Shown: piece by piece, positions 12,601 to 24,965 of the stretch
How positions within the stretch are numbered: position 1 is the first letter of the stretch
How the letters are laid out: the number at the start of each line of letters is the position of its first letter
Assembly: GCF_006345805.1 (NCBI RefSeq)
Contig: NW_021831284.1
Location: 620,001-684,000, forward strand
Direction of reading: 5' to 3'
Origin: Octopus sinensis
Taxonomy: Eukaryota
Length of the DNA stretch: 64,000 nt
Notes under the pieces: model-generated
Told to the model about the DNA's origin: nothing
Databases searched by the model: none
The model's input: the letters and a program-made list of their open reading frames with translations, nothing else
Made by a program: the position numbers and the translations under genes

Positions 12601-13064
12601 GTACTGAGATTCATCTTCTCTACACTCAGGTATGAAATAATAATTAATAATAGAATATCAACTTAAGATAAATTGTTAAGCTGTTCCTTCGATTTCGTCT
12701 TTTAGCTTATCTTTAAATAAACTTGATTGACTGTAAAACAACGATTGATTAATAACTTTATCCTTTGTTGTTGCTTTCTATTTTTTCTGAAATTATTTAT
12801 ATTGGATTAATAATTTATGAAATAATCTTAAATCCAACTCTTCTTTAAATATTTTTCTCTGAGTCAAAAGTACTATTTTCAAAAACTACTTGTCAGATTG
12901 TTTCGATAATTTTACATATTTTTAAAAAACAATATATACAATTTAATGTATTTAACTTATAAATGTTCAAATATTAAAAGTTTTTTTTAAATAGAGACAA
13001 GCCTATCCATAGCTAGCAGCAGGGAGTCCCACTAAAATAATACAATACTGATATCATTAAATTA

Positions 13065-14335
13065 TGTCGCGTCCCATGGTGGTTACGCGTCACATGCTGG
13101 CTACATGTGACCTGTCAACAGATCATTTTTCACAAGGTCATTGCTTGTCAGATGTCATAATTAATGTGGTTTTTATCATGGTACATATTTAATATTTTTT
13201 AACGCTATTTCTTAATTTTAAACATTCCTCTCTAAAATGTTTCTCTCTATATAAATAATAGGTTGTGTGAAAAACATCGTAGAATATCAATCTATAATGA
13301 GTATCTTAAATGGCGAACTTTTACAGACATTCTCAAGGCAGATAAAATATAAATTAACAAAAAAATCCACCAAATTTATTGTTATCAATGACCGCTTATA
13401 CCTCAAAGACGAAAGATTTCAAAAGCACAAATTAGTTATTTGCATGGATAATGAAAGTGAAATGCAAACTATTGCAGATTCTATTCCTCGGAATAGCCAT
13501 TCTGGAATTCGTAAACTGCAACAGGAATGTTTACACTCTTATTTTACAATAAAGCGGAAAATTATAGAACGAGTTGTCAAAAAATTTGCAAGTTTTCTAT
13601 TCCACTTTAAGTATAAAATTGAAAAATTAATAGCAGGTTTCTGATTATAAATTACATGTGATTGCCAAAAGACCAAATGAACAATTCCAAGCAGACCTTA
13701 TAGACGTTAAAAAATTTAATGATTCAAATGATGGCTACAAATAAATATTTACAGTCATTGATGTTTACAGTAAATATGCCATCTGTAAAGAAGTTAAAAA
13801 TAAATCTGCAATACGTATATCTAAATCTGATATTGGAATTTAGATATTTGTGAAGCATTTGAAGAAATTTGTCTTGAAATCGGCTTTTGTGAGATTCTAC
13901 AAACAGATAATGGAAGGGAGTTTAAGAATAATTATCTTGATTCTTTCTGCCTAAAAAACAAAAATCAAACATATTTGTGGAAGACCAAATCATCCTCAAT
14001 CACAAGTAATAATACAATATTTATCTGTATCGTGGAAAAATTTAATCAAACTTTGACACGAAATCTTTCAAAGCTGATGAGTGAAGAATCAACTAAAATT
14101 AGATCAAATTTATTAAACGAAGCACTTTTATATATAACACAACTATTCATTCTTTTATAAACGAAACACCATTTAAAAAACTGAGAGGAGTTTCTGGTAT
14201 AAACACCGTCAATCATGAGTATAAAAGTTTTTTAATTTTTGAAATTAATTTTGACAGTCACTGTGACAGTCATTAGATAGATTGACAGGTGACATGGAAC
14301 CACCATGGGATGGGTAGCTTGTGTTGGACGCGACA
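13065..14335 (+). mobile_element. Ginger-like DNA transposon with retroviral-type integrase (decayed, intron-containing)
   Basis: TGT...ACA termini (TGTCGCGTCC and GGACGCGACA) with subterminal inverted repeats. Integrase motifs RPNEQFQADLID, TVIDVYSKY, ILQTDNGREFK, GRPNHPQSQ and VEKFNQTL. No RT or LTR. No clean TSD. Confidence 0.8.
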
Positions 14336-14649
14336 AAACTAATTTTAAAATAAAAAATCCTTTTATGTCTCTAAAAAATCAAAACAGGAAAAATTGCTGA
14401 TTGCCATTTTTTCTGAATGTTTTGGCAAAGTGAGACATACTTTCATAACTATATTTTTATTATACTTTTCAAATTTCTCTTCAATTGTGGAGTTTTAACA
14501 CTTACATAGATTTTAGATAATCTATTGAAATAACGTTCATATTCATTTTTTTGCTTGAATGGAAATTAAAAAAAACAAATTTCAAATTTAACTGAGAGAA
14601 CATCGCCGGCGAAAAAATTAACTTAAAATTGCACCAGGAGTGGCAAAAG

Positions 14650-15110
14650 AAATCTTATGGAATTGTCAACTCGTCTCGAGGGGGTCTAAGGTTTTGGAGA
14701 AGATCCGTATACCGATCTCCAAAAAAGCACACGTGCACGCTTGCGAATGATACCGCTGGTCTCAAAGGCAGGGGAAAACAAAAAGACTCCGGGAAGGAAA
14801 CTTATTTTGTGATCTTCGAATCCTCTGCCCTGGAAGAGGCGTATCACAGAATTGTTGCTGAGAAGTAAAAAAATAGGTCCGTAAGATCTGCGCAAGTCGT
14901 GTCTTATAAAAGCGATTTTTCGCGATTGAAAAGGAAGCTGGACTATTCGGACGTCATATAGGGATTCATGTCGTGGAAGCCTTTTGGCACTGTGCTTGTA
15001 CAGGACGGTATCGGCGCAAACACATTTATGAGGATGGAATATTTCTAAATCGAGTCTCAGACAAAATTTGATCCTCACGGACTTTTTATCGAGTAAAAGT
15101 TTGGAGGACA
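14650..15110 (-). mobile_element. CRE-clade retroelement fragment (zinc knuckle and REL)
   Basis: LRLDLEIFHPHKCVC...KHSAKRLPRHESL...EDHKIS...FETSGIIRKRA. Confidence 0.75.
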
Positions 15111-15169
15111 AAAGAAACCCCTTTAGCTTTTCACTAATAATTTTTATAAAAGATACAATTTTAACTGTT

Positions 15170-16530
15170 AAGTTAGTTAGTTAGTTACCCCGGCTTCTCT
15201 AGCATGTAGGAAGCCGGCTGCAATCAGGTAGCGGACAGCGGCGATCGGGCGCTCCCAAAGATCCCGAATCCCAATAGGTGGCGACTGGTGAGGCGGTCCA
15301 GGACAGGAAAAAAGGTCTTCAGGGGCGAGGGTGCGGAGTGTTTCGAAAAAAAGTGGATGATGTCCCGGGCGAAGTCGTGCAAGCTGGACACGGATGTACC
15401 TGTCGAGTGATTGCTCGAAGGATGGACTGGTGGCGGAGGAGAATCAAGGAGTTTGTTATTTTTACGCATCCTGGTAGCACGAGTTGAGATGTAATCGTGA
15501 AATAATTTCTTCCCAGTTTTCCCATTGTTCGTTAAGAGTATTTTTGAGAGAGGTCTGCATTGATCGACTAGAGTAGTGATAATATGTCTTTTGTTTTCTG
15601 AGATAGAGATTTTGTGGCATGGATGAGATATTTCTTGTATTTCGTAGAGGAATTGAAGTCCTCTCATCTCCAAATGGTCTTCGAACGGAAGGATACAAGA
15701 TTCCCAATGAAGATGATCGATGGGAGTGGAGGCTAGGCAGCCAGTTATTGTGCGGAGGCCTGAGTTTTGGATTCTTTGTAGTTTTTGGAGATTTGATAGA
15801 GAAAGGTTCCATGACCAAGCCGGACTACCATAGTTCATTGATGATCTGACAAATTGTCTGTAGACCAGAGCGAGGCATTCTTTGGCTTGGCCATAAGATT
15901 GTCCTGATAAGGCACATAATGCGTTCAGCTTGCGTTTGACTTTGGTGGAAATGAACTTTACATGTTGCGTAAAAGAAAGGCATTGATCGAATACGATACC
16001 AAGGATTTTTGGGTTTTTTACAACAGGAATTCTTTCACCGGCTACATAGAGGGCTGGGTTTAAGTTGAATTGTCGTTTATCAGAGGTAAAAACAGTGATA
16101 GATGATTTGGATGCCGAAGGAGTCATATGGTTAGATGTTAGCCATTTGGTTAGAGAGTCAAGTTGAGTTTTGAGTGAGCTAGTCGCTGTGTTAATGATCT
16201 TGTGTCGGGAAGCAAACACAAGATCGTCAGCGTAGGAGAGGAGTAGTGTTTCTGAGTTAGTTGGCATATCACTGAGGTGGAGGTTGAAAAGGGCTGGAGA
16301 AAGACAGGAGCCTTGAGGTACTCCATTAGGTAAGTAGCGAAACCGGGAGTTTTTTGACCCGAATTTGGTCTGAGCCAGTCTACCAGATAAGAAACTACAC
16401 AGCCATATTTTCAGACGATGAGGGATAGGAGAAGAGCAGATTTTTGAGCTTAGGACATGACGAGAAGTCCGGTCAAACGCTTTGCTGATATCAATCGATG
16501 CCAGAATTGTTCGTTGGGGAGGAGGGTTAT
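15170..16530 (-). mobile_element. 5'-truncated I/jockey-group LINE
   Basis: GVPQGSCLSPALFN and a 347-aa ORF with YADD and KNPKILGIVFD. C-terminal CPAC zinc-finger remnant and (TAAC)n 3' tail at about 15170-15186. Confidence 0.9.
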
Positions 16531-16709
16531 CTGTTAAGAACTTTAATTAATATGTAAATTCATTAAAAATTTTTATTTCTAAATAAATACCTGAATAAAT
16601 CCAACAAAATTTTGAGATTTAACTAAAATTAAATTTTATAGAATCAATAAGCCATGTTTATTAGTAAGAGTTAAAAGACAACATCAATAAACCAAATGAG
16701 GTAAAGTAA

Positions 16710-17311
16710 TTAAAGAAAATGCTTGTCAAAATGAAGAATATCCATTTTTGATTCGCATCGTCCGCACTGAACCACAAGCATTGTCAATATAGAAATGTCA
16801 TCATATTGTTCATCAATCATATCATCAAGAAAATTTCCAAACTAGTAAAATATTTTTGACAATGATTGATACATTCGGATCAGAGTAAGTCTCCGACATT
16901 TTATGTAAATTAAGAATTTTGTCCGTAATAGCCTTCTCCATTTCAAGTGACATTTTCAAAGCTTCTTCAATAGAGCTGTAGGTAATTTTAGGAACCTATT
17001 ATAGTCTGTAGACAATATATCTTACTGGTATTATGTTCAATTCGACCGTTCCTCCTCTTTTTAGCAAATATTCCGAAAATTTTTTTGCATGTTCAATTTC
17101 CTCTTCAACTCTTTTTTTAAAAAAATTTGCAGCTCCTGGCATGCTTACTGAGAGTTTTCCAAAGTAATTAGCCTACTAAATTGAGGTATATTATACATAC
17201 CATATCTTGGTATGCATATGAGGCACGGTATTCTTCGTTTATTTGAAGATTAATGGCTTTTTCAACTTCTTGAGAAAAATTATGTTTTCCATTTATAATC
17301 GGAGCACTCAT
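16710..17311 (-). CDS. FTH1: Ferritin (H-type ferroxidase residues intact)
   Basis: After removing three 28-31 nt GT-AG introns: MSAPIINGKHNFSQEVEKAINLQINEEYRASYAY...EEEIEHAKKF...KRGG...LEMEK...DEQ. Confidence 0.92.
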
Positions 17312-17477
17312 TGATGTCGCACGATTATGCTCGTCTTCATTTGTCTCATTTTATAGTTAGACTAATTAAAGATTGGTCACATCTTGACGTATCTACTTAA
17401 ACTGTCAATCAATCTAATTAGTGATAATAAAAAACGTTATTATTAAAAGCATTCTTGAAAAAAATATAAATTAATTA

Positions 17478-17600
17478 AAACTCCCTGTGCCGTGGTTTTC
17501 AACGTTCTCTCTGTTAGTCTCAACCAGGAGTTTTTGTTGCGCGCAAATTCTTAATGTTTTCAGGTTTTTCATCGACTTTAGTCACAAATAAACAGCCAGA
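17478..17600 (-). mobile_element. RTE-like LINE 3' tail
   Basis: Similar to 11105-11250. Confidence 0.45.
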
Positions 17601-17975
17601 TGCTACTATTATTCAATTGTGATAATATAAAAAATATTTGGATTCAAAATACTTAACTACATTTGGTACGATAATTTTCCTGAAAGAAATTTTGTACAGT
17701 AATTATCAAAAATATAATTAGGTAAATTAGGAAAAATTATTTATCTTTAATATCTATATATTAATCTGTGAATTGTCAGATACAAATTTAGCTCCAAATA
17801 CCTTTCAAACTGATTCAAAAAAGGTGGAATCACTTTTAAATTATTTATCAAATTTAGTCTTAATAATATTAATTATTCTACAGTGACTAATGAGTCATAT
17901 TTCACTCAATAACAAAATATTTTCATTTCATAATTGGTTTAATTAAAAAACGATCTAATTCAATAAAAATAATTT

Positions 17976-20389
17976 TCAATGGAATATAATTCTCTTAATA
18001 TCCTCAATCCCCAGATTAGAACTTTTTTTACTATCATTAGCACATCTAGCACACTCAACCCAAAACACAACCCAGACAAAACTCGCAAAGCAACCTTCCG
18101 CTTTCTTTCTTGCATTTCTAATAAGCGTTCCTCAACAGTATTTCGACATATCAGTCTAAAAATGAGCAAAATAGAATATCACAAATGAATTGTGACATTC
18201 TTAGTCTGTCCCACTCGATGAATTCGATCACACATTTGATCTATCAACGCTGGATTCCTACAATCCACAAATAGGCGAATACCAATGAGAATCCAGCAGA
18301 TAAACGTGGTTTGCAGAGACCAAATTGAGTCCCACAGCCCCTGCTTTCAACGACATTAGTAAAATCTACAATATACACCATAATGCCAACTCTGCTATTC
18401 AAATTAGACTTCCCAAATTCCGTAATTATGTTTTGACGGGCAGAATTGGTCAGTTTTCCGTGAAAATAGAGACATTCAGTGGAAATACGAGATTCCAGTC
18501 TTTTGAAGACCACATCCAATAACCGAGTCCATTGAGACACCACAATACTACAAATATATCATCCAACACAACCATTTGTCTTTAGTAGTGTTCATCAATT
18601 CAACTAAAAGAGTCTCCAGCGTTTTAAGCTTAGAAAATCAAAAAACAACAATACTTTAGAACTGTCGACATGTTGTGGTACCGTTAAATTAGAGACATAT
18701 CTGAACTAGTATATATATAGAAGGAATACACTGTCAATCAGATCAACATAACAACAGCATTGCCGAAGATGCAAAAAACTTACAAAAATATGGGTATTTC
18801 TGTCTTTTCCAGGAATATCGGTGAGATTATCTCTAACTTTTAATTCTAATTATAAATACTTTAATTCTTCCAAAATTAAATTGTATGTAAATCTTTCTTG
18901 TGTGGTTAACTCAATATAATGCTTTTGAATAGATTTTGGCGGGATATATAATTCGTTTTTCGTTGTGGTGATGTCATTTTTAATCCTTCTAAGCACAAAC
19001 CTCCCCATCAAAATATCCAACAGTGCCTTAGAATAATCTAGTACACTCAATAAACTCAACAAACCCCCACTAGCAACATTTTTCTTCCAGAATTCCCCAT
19101 CACAGTAAGGATAAATTCTTACAAACCTACCAATATTACAAACCATCACAACCTGACAAGCGATTGAAGGTCCTGCAGTGAATTCTGCAGAGGAGTACCC
19201 GTCACTGCCCAGAAAGAAGAGGCAGAAAGTGAGGCAACAGCCTTAAAGACGAGGGAAGACGAATTTCTAATTTCATGTGCCTCATCGAGTATAATCCTTC
19301 TCCAATAAGTGTCCAAAAGTGCTCTATTTCCCGCCAATACATCACTCCTGATGACCCCATATGTCGACACCACTATTCCCGCCTTCTCTCCAACTCCACT
19401 AAGACTGGACTCCTCTTTACTAACCTCAAAGACCTCTTATTCCCATGGTAGACTATAACCGGGAGACTTTCTCCCCCAAATCTCCCGATTTCCTGCCTCC
19501 ACTGAGAGAGGATAGAGAAGGGACACACAATCAGACTATTTGCCTTATCACATACACGTTCTGAGAGCAGAAATGCAATTATTGTGGCAGTTTTGCCTAG
19601 TCCCATGTCATCGGCTAAGGATAATTAACATTGAGTGAATAACCGAGTATTCCGCCTGGATATATACTCATTTCCCGCCATTTCATCCAGGAGACTGATA
19701 GTTTTTGGTGTGCCATGAGCTCGCCGGAGAAGCCTTTCACTGATTTGGCGGGAATTCCGTCAAAGTTTTGTTCATTAAAAATTGGTTCCATTTTGTTGAT
19801 AATTTCTTTGCTTAGTTGCTTGTTTTGTTCAAGTTTATTTGATTTGTAAGAAAAATCTTTAATTTTGTAATAATTTTACTTTTATTAATTTTTATATATT
19901 CTTTGAAGTCATTTGGGAGTTTATTGTATAACAATTCCGTTTTAGAGTGGTTAACCTAATAAATAAAATTATAACATTACATTTTTCAGTGTGTCTTTTT
20001 CCTGTAATTTAGCAAAGTAATCTAATTTAATAAATATATAATACTATTTGGGATTAAATTGATTTTATTATATTCTGATGTTAATTGATTCCCGTATTTT
20101 TCCAATTTAAGCCCACCGTCTCCAAGATTTAATGTTTTGAGAGATTCCTTTGATTGCTGTGTGGATAAATTATAATGTTAATAAACTTGAAAATCTCTAA
20201 TTTTTTGTTGAAGAAATGCTTTTGCTTCTACAAGTTGTTGATTTGTGTTTATTTGAAATTCATTTTTACCGACAGTATATTTAATCACTTTTTTAGGGCC
20301 TAAAAGATTGTTTAATTTTATTATAAACTTTGATTTTTGTCTACTTTTAATAATTTTATAGACTCGATCAAATCATCCACGTCACTCAT
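17976..20389 (-). CDS. TTF2: SNF2-family helicase, TTF2/lodestar-like
   Basis: GGILADDMGLGKT, IILDEAHEIRN, WAVTGTPLQN, SQWT, GAVGLNL, HWNPA and DRIHRVGQTKNVTI. N-terminal LNLGDGGLKL resembles TTF2 LPDKGQKL. Multiple 25-29 nt GT-AG introns. Confidence 0.88.
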
Positions 20390-20499
20390 TTGTATAAACT
20401 AATTTTACTCCTGCAATTTTTTAGAAAATATTTATAGATAAAATTAATAAAAAAATTTTTTTAAAACATTATAAATTATTTAAAAAAAATATTTATAAT

Positions 20500-20770
20500 T
20501 TGCCAGCCTTGCCGGTGCGGGTCGACAATTTCATTGAACGGCTTGCACGTCTTGTCGGTAAGCGTCCCACCGGGATGGGAAAACAAGTCCCTGGTTAGGG
20601 ACGCCACCTGCGTTGACTTGTTCGGAGACGTCGCTCCCCAAGACTTGCACCAACCCGGGCTCTGCCAGTGCTCAAGCCGAAGAGTTAAAGAAGAAGAAAT
20701 ACCTGTGTATTTCGGAAATCTCCTCGATTTCTCCATTAATTTTACAATTCTTGCTTTAGAGGGGAATTAG
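20500..20770 (+). mobile_element. CRE-clade retroelement fragment (REL)
   Basis: GKRPTG...WENKSLVRDATCVD...GSASAQAEELKKKKY across frameshifts. Confidence 0.75.
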
Positions 20771-20949
20771 ATCCAGTTTTCCAGTCTATACATCAGGACA
20801 GGAAGAATAGTTGCCTGGAAAATAAATAGCACAGTTTTGGGAGAGACTAAATTTGATTAGGCACATGATTATTTCTTTACATCGTTTTTTCCTTAGGATA
20901 ATAAATATCAGTTCTTAAGCATACTGTTAGTAAAAAATCAAACCAAGCT

Positions 20950-22845
20950 AAATCAAATGGCAGAGCATTTCAAAATTCATGGATTAAAGAATATGGATTG
21001 CTGAACCGAGGTTAATATTTTATTTTTAGGAGACAAAGCTTTATGTATGTTATGCTCCGACCAAATTGCTTTCCGAACATTTTCTATAAAAGGCCATTTT
21101 CAAACTATTCACAAATCATTATCTGAGAAAACTAAGGATGAACAAAGAGAAACAATTGCATCTAAGTTAAAAAAGAACTCTCAACAATCAGAATCACTCA
21201 TAACACTCGTCAACAGTCAATCTGATTCAATCAGTGCTAGTTACGTTATTTCTCAAGTTATTGCGAAGCATGGAAAGGCTTTTTCTGATGGTGAATATAT
21301 AAAAGATGCGTGGATAAAATGTGCTCCTTCTTATTCAAAAAAATCCAAAAATTATAGAAAAAATAAAAAATATTCCCCTTTCACGAAACATGGTAAAGGA
21401 AAGAATTTTAGTGATGAGTGAAAATATCTCTCTTCAACAAATAAGTCTTGTGATTTCATTTCCCTTTTTGTTGACGAAAGTACTGACATATCTGCATTGT
21501 CACGCCTAGCACGTCGGGAATTCAGTTCTTGGTCTTCATTGCATCATTCATCAACAGGCTATTCGTTTTACTTACAACCTTCAGGTTTTATGTGCAAAAT
21601 CTGGATTCGAGCACATTACAATCGTTGTCACAAAAATAATTAACTTCATATCTGCTCAGTCTTTAAATAAAAGAAAATTTCAGACATTATTAAATGAAGT
21701 AAATTCAGTACATATGGGTATTTTATAAATATTTATAATCTGGTAAAAGGATTACTTATGTATAACAATGTAAGATGGTTGAGCCGTGGAAAAGTTCTTG
21801 AACGATTTTTCCAGTGTTTGGATGAAGTCAAATATTTTTACAGAGTGAAAAAGTAATTCATAAGTATCCACAATTAATGGACCCTGGATGGATCTTAAAC
21901 TAACATTTTGGCAGATTTTACGTGCAATTTAAATGAATTCAACTTAAATTTGGAAGGTGGTAATAAATTATTATATCACACGATTGATTCAATTCAGGCA
22001 TTTGAGGCCATATTGGTTGTTTTTAACCTTGACGTACTTTCAAACAATTTTAAGTATTTTAAAAATACTAAAAAATTCCTAAAATTAGATTTACCTGTCC
22101 ATTAAAAAATAAATCTACCTAAACAAATTCTAAAATTTTCATCGTTAATTCAGTCAGTAATTCATAATTTTCTTAGAGATTTGTTGAATTAAAACCATTT
22201 TCCCAAACATTCAAATTTATAATATATCCAGATTTAATTACATTCGATAAACTTAATTTGAAGATTCTGGAATGGATAAATTTTGAAGATCTGGAAATGC
22301 AGCATTACAGTTCTATTTGGAAACAAAAATTTGTTGATTTGAGAAATACTTTGGAAATAATTGAAAATGATCAATTATCAGTTTCACATGAAAAGACCTC
22401 ACAAGAAGAAATACTGACAGTATAGAATTTTATTCCTGATAAATTTTGCTGTTAAAAAATTAGCGATCGCGATAATAACAAATTTTTCATCGACGTATGC
22501 CTGCAAATCTCTATTTTCAAAAATGAATTTTTTCAAAAGAAGCAGATAAATCGATTAAAAGTATAATCTCCTTCGGCATGTTTAATAGTCAAAACATCAA
22601 GTTACGAACCTATCTTAAATAATATCTAATTAAATTAATGGTTACACTTTTTACCTAAATAAATGGTTTTTTTGAAGAAGATAAATAATTAAAATTATTT
22701 TTGTAAATGATTCTTAAATTGCAATCCGTTTTAGTCGCCTTTGTAAATTTTTAATTTGCTTTTTAAGTTAATAATTTTGCTGAGCACACCTAAAATTGTA
22801 AATTTCTATTTTTGGCACATCGGCTGAGAATCTTTGCCATCCCTA
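20950..22845 (+). mobile_element. hAT (Buster/GTF2IRD2-type) transposon, decayed, with three micro-introns
   Basis: AFQNSWIKEYG...KALCMLC, KHGKAFSDGEYIK, DESTDIS, HCIIHQQ, VRWLSRGKVLERF, FSSTYAC. 3' end TTTGCCATCCCTA followed by CCCTATAT. The 5' TIR was not found. Confidence 0.88.
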
Positions 22846-23256
22846 CCCTATATAAATTCTTTTCACAGTTTACAGCAAGTAAAAATTAAAAAAATAAAAA
22901 AATATGAATTTTTATTCTAAGCGGTGAATTAATTTATTTTAAGAGCAGGCATACAACTAATTACTTACTATAAAAAAACCTCAAAATTTCGTTGACAAAA
23001 ACCGCTATGAGCTTCTTGTGCATTAAGATTTGTAAAAAAGACCCTTTTTAACTGCAAATTATCTAACTGCTGTCTGACTTTTATATGCTAGCCAAGTTTA
23101 GGTAATGCACTAAATTTCTTATTATTTGGCAAAGGTTTGCTAATTTTTTATTAAATTGGTAATCTCATAATAATTGCCACTAGTTAACCAGTCTAGGAAC
23201 CGCCTAGTATATTAAGACAGTATAAAAACAGAAATTAAATGAGCAATCTATGTATT

Positions 23257-23910
23257 TCATCCCCAATCACAGTCATAGTATGGATTATACTGCATATGAA
23301 AAATCGCATTGACCGCTGACATGTGTTCATAAAAACTTGACTAAAAACAATAATTGCAAACTTTACAAAGCCGTACTTCCCTCTAATCACTCTGGTTGAG
23401 TAAATCTCCCCAAAGTCAATAAACATTTGGGACAAATCGATGGTTGTTGTGCCTTTCAAATTCCCAACATAAATGCAAGATTTAATGCCTTCTCCTTCCT
23501 GAGAAATATCTTGTCTGCTTTTATCTGCAAATTGAGGCAAAGATTTGACTGCTTGGTCTCCTATTGGGTACTTCTTCAACCCGTATAGAGCATCCTTTGA
23601 TGTTTACTTGATTCGAATTTCTAACACAAGCAATGGCACTCTAAAGTTCAATTTTATCTTGAAAACGTCAGAATTCTGGAATTCTACAAGCCCATAGTAA
23701 ACATTTTCTATTGCATTATTACACCTGTTTATCTTTACAGAACTAAAAATGGAAATTAATTTGTACAGACAACCGGATCTGCCCATAAACTTCAAATTTT
23801 TTTTTGATATCAAGGATTGTCACATCTTGGTTTAGATTAACAACAAAAACTGTGTTTTGATCCACTGAATCTGGCTCTGAGACATTATATGGAGCAGAAC
23901 CATAATCCAT
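23257..23910 (-). CDS. Two-RRM RNA-binding protein, TIA1/TIAR-like
   Basis: Spliced TVFVVNL...YYGLVEF...IKGCSIRVE and CIYVGNL...FGEIYSTRV...KYGFVNF...DCDWG* (compare TIA1 RRM3 KCYWG). Start uncertain. Confidence 0.7.
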
Positions 23911-24249
23911 AGGGTTGGAACTCTCTAAACGTGCGACTTTTATTTATGCGTTTTTATAGACTTTTTGTTACTCTGGATTGTAGTAATCTGTTATGTAATG
24001 CTATGTAATTAATATATATTTGAATCAGATATGATTCTTTGAAAAAATACTCAGAAATTAGTTTTTAGGTTTTTTGATGAAATTTATAGATTTGTCTAAA
24101 ATGTGAACGGGAGTATTCATATTGAATTATTCAGAAGATTAAACTTTTTGAACCCCTTTCTTGGTTCATGCACGGGAATACAACAACCCTGGTTTAACAA
24201 TAAACAAATAATATGTCGACCCCTTAATTTGTCATGCTCATAGTGCCAG

Positions 24250-24965
24250 GGGATTATATCTGGCCCAAGAAATCTGTAAAGATCTTGAACTTATAGCGGA
24301 AGGCTGCAAAATCTATCTTAAGTTTCATTGAACGGCTTATAAAGCCAACTGTTTTCGAAACGCTTGTAAGGATGACGGGTTCTGTTTCCACGTTTAAACA
24401 TGATGGCAACAGTCCAGACCCTTGGATCCCCGTCAAATCAGGAGATGCGTCAGATCCCTGGCTGAACACAGAGAAAGATGCGTAATTTGCTTGGCAATGT
24501 CAAGATCACCTAACCGATTTTGTTCTGACTTTTTTTCTAATCCAAGTGGCTTATCAAATTGGACATATCTAAAATATAGATTCATGTCCGTATCGGCTGA
24601 AAGTTTATTAGTTACAAACCTAGCCAACTCAGCTGATCCTGCTCCAGCAATAATCTGATTTGCAAATGGTATTAAACCATCGCATTCTCTCCAAATAGAG
24701 TTGCCTAAATAAGACTCTGTGCTACTCTTTTCTGGTCGCAATACCTGGTCACGTTCCTGTCTGTTTTAGGAATTGTATGTGATCCACTTAACATGTAGAT
24801 TTTCACCAGAATACTTCGGTAGAAAATTGGCAGTTGAGAAATCCCAGAAATAATTTTCATAAGCTTCTCCACAATTTATTATCTGTGGTAACTCTGTTCG
24901 AATGTATAAGCCTACGCTATTGTCCCGCAGCTGTCCTAAACCCTCTTTCCAGTCAATTAAACGTT
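24250..24965 (-). mobile_element. Heavily decayed LINE RT remnant
   Basis: Across frames, GLGQLRDNSVGLYIRTEL (about AIKQLKN.K..G.D.I..EL), IPKTDRNV, ILDMSNL and GIQGSGLLPSCLN (about GVPQGS.LSP.LFN) occur in LINE order. Confidence 0.5.

Noticed and set aside
24433-24741. Minus-strand ORF that first looked like a novel gene or endogenous viral element
   Set aside because: Other frames give LINE RT motifs in the correct order, so a decayed retroelement is simpler. An HMM search would settle it.
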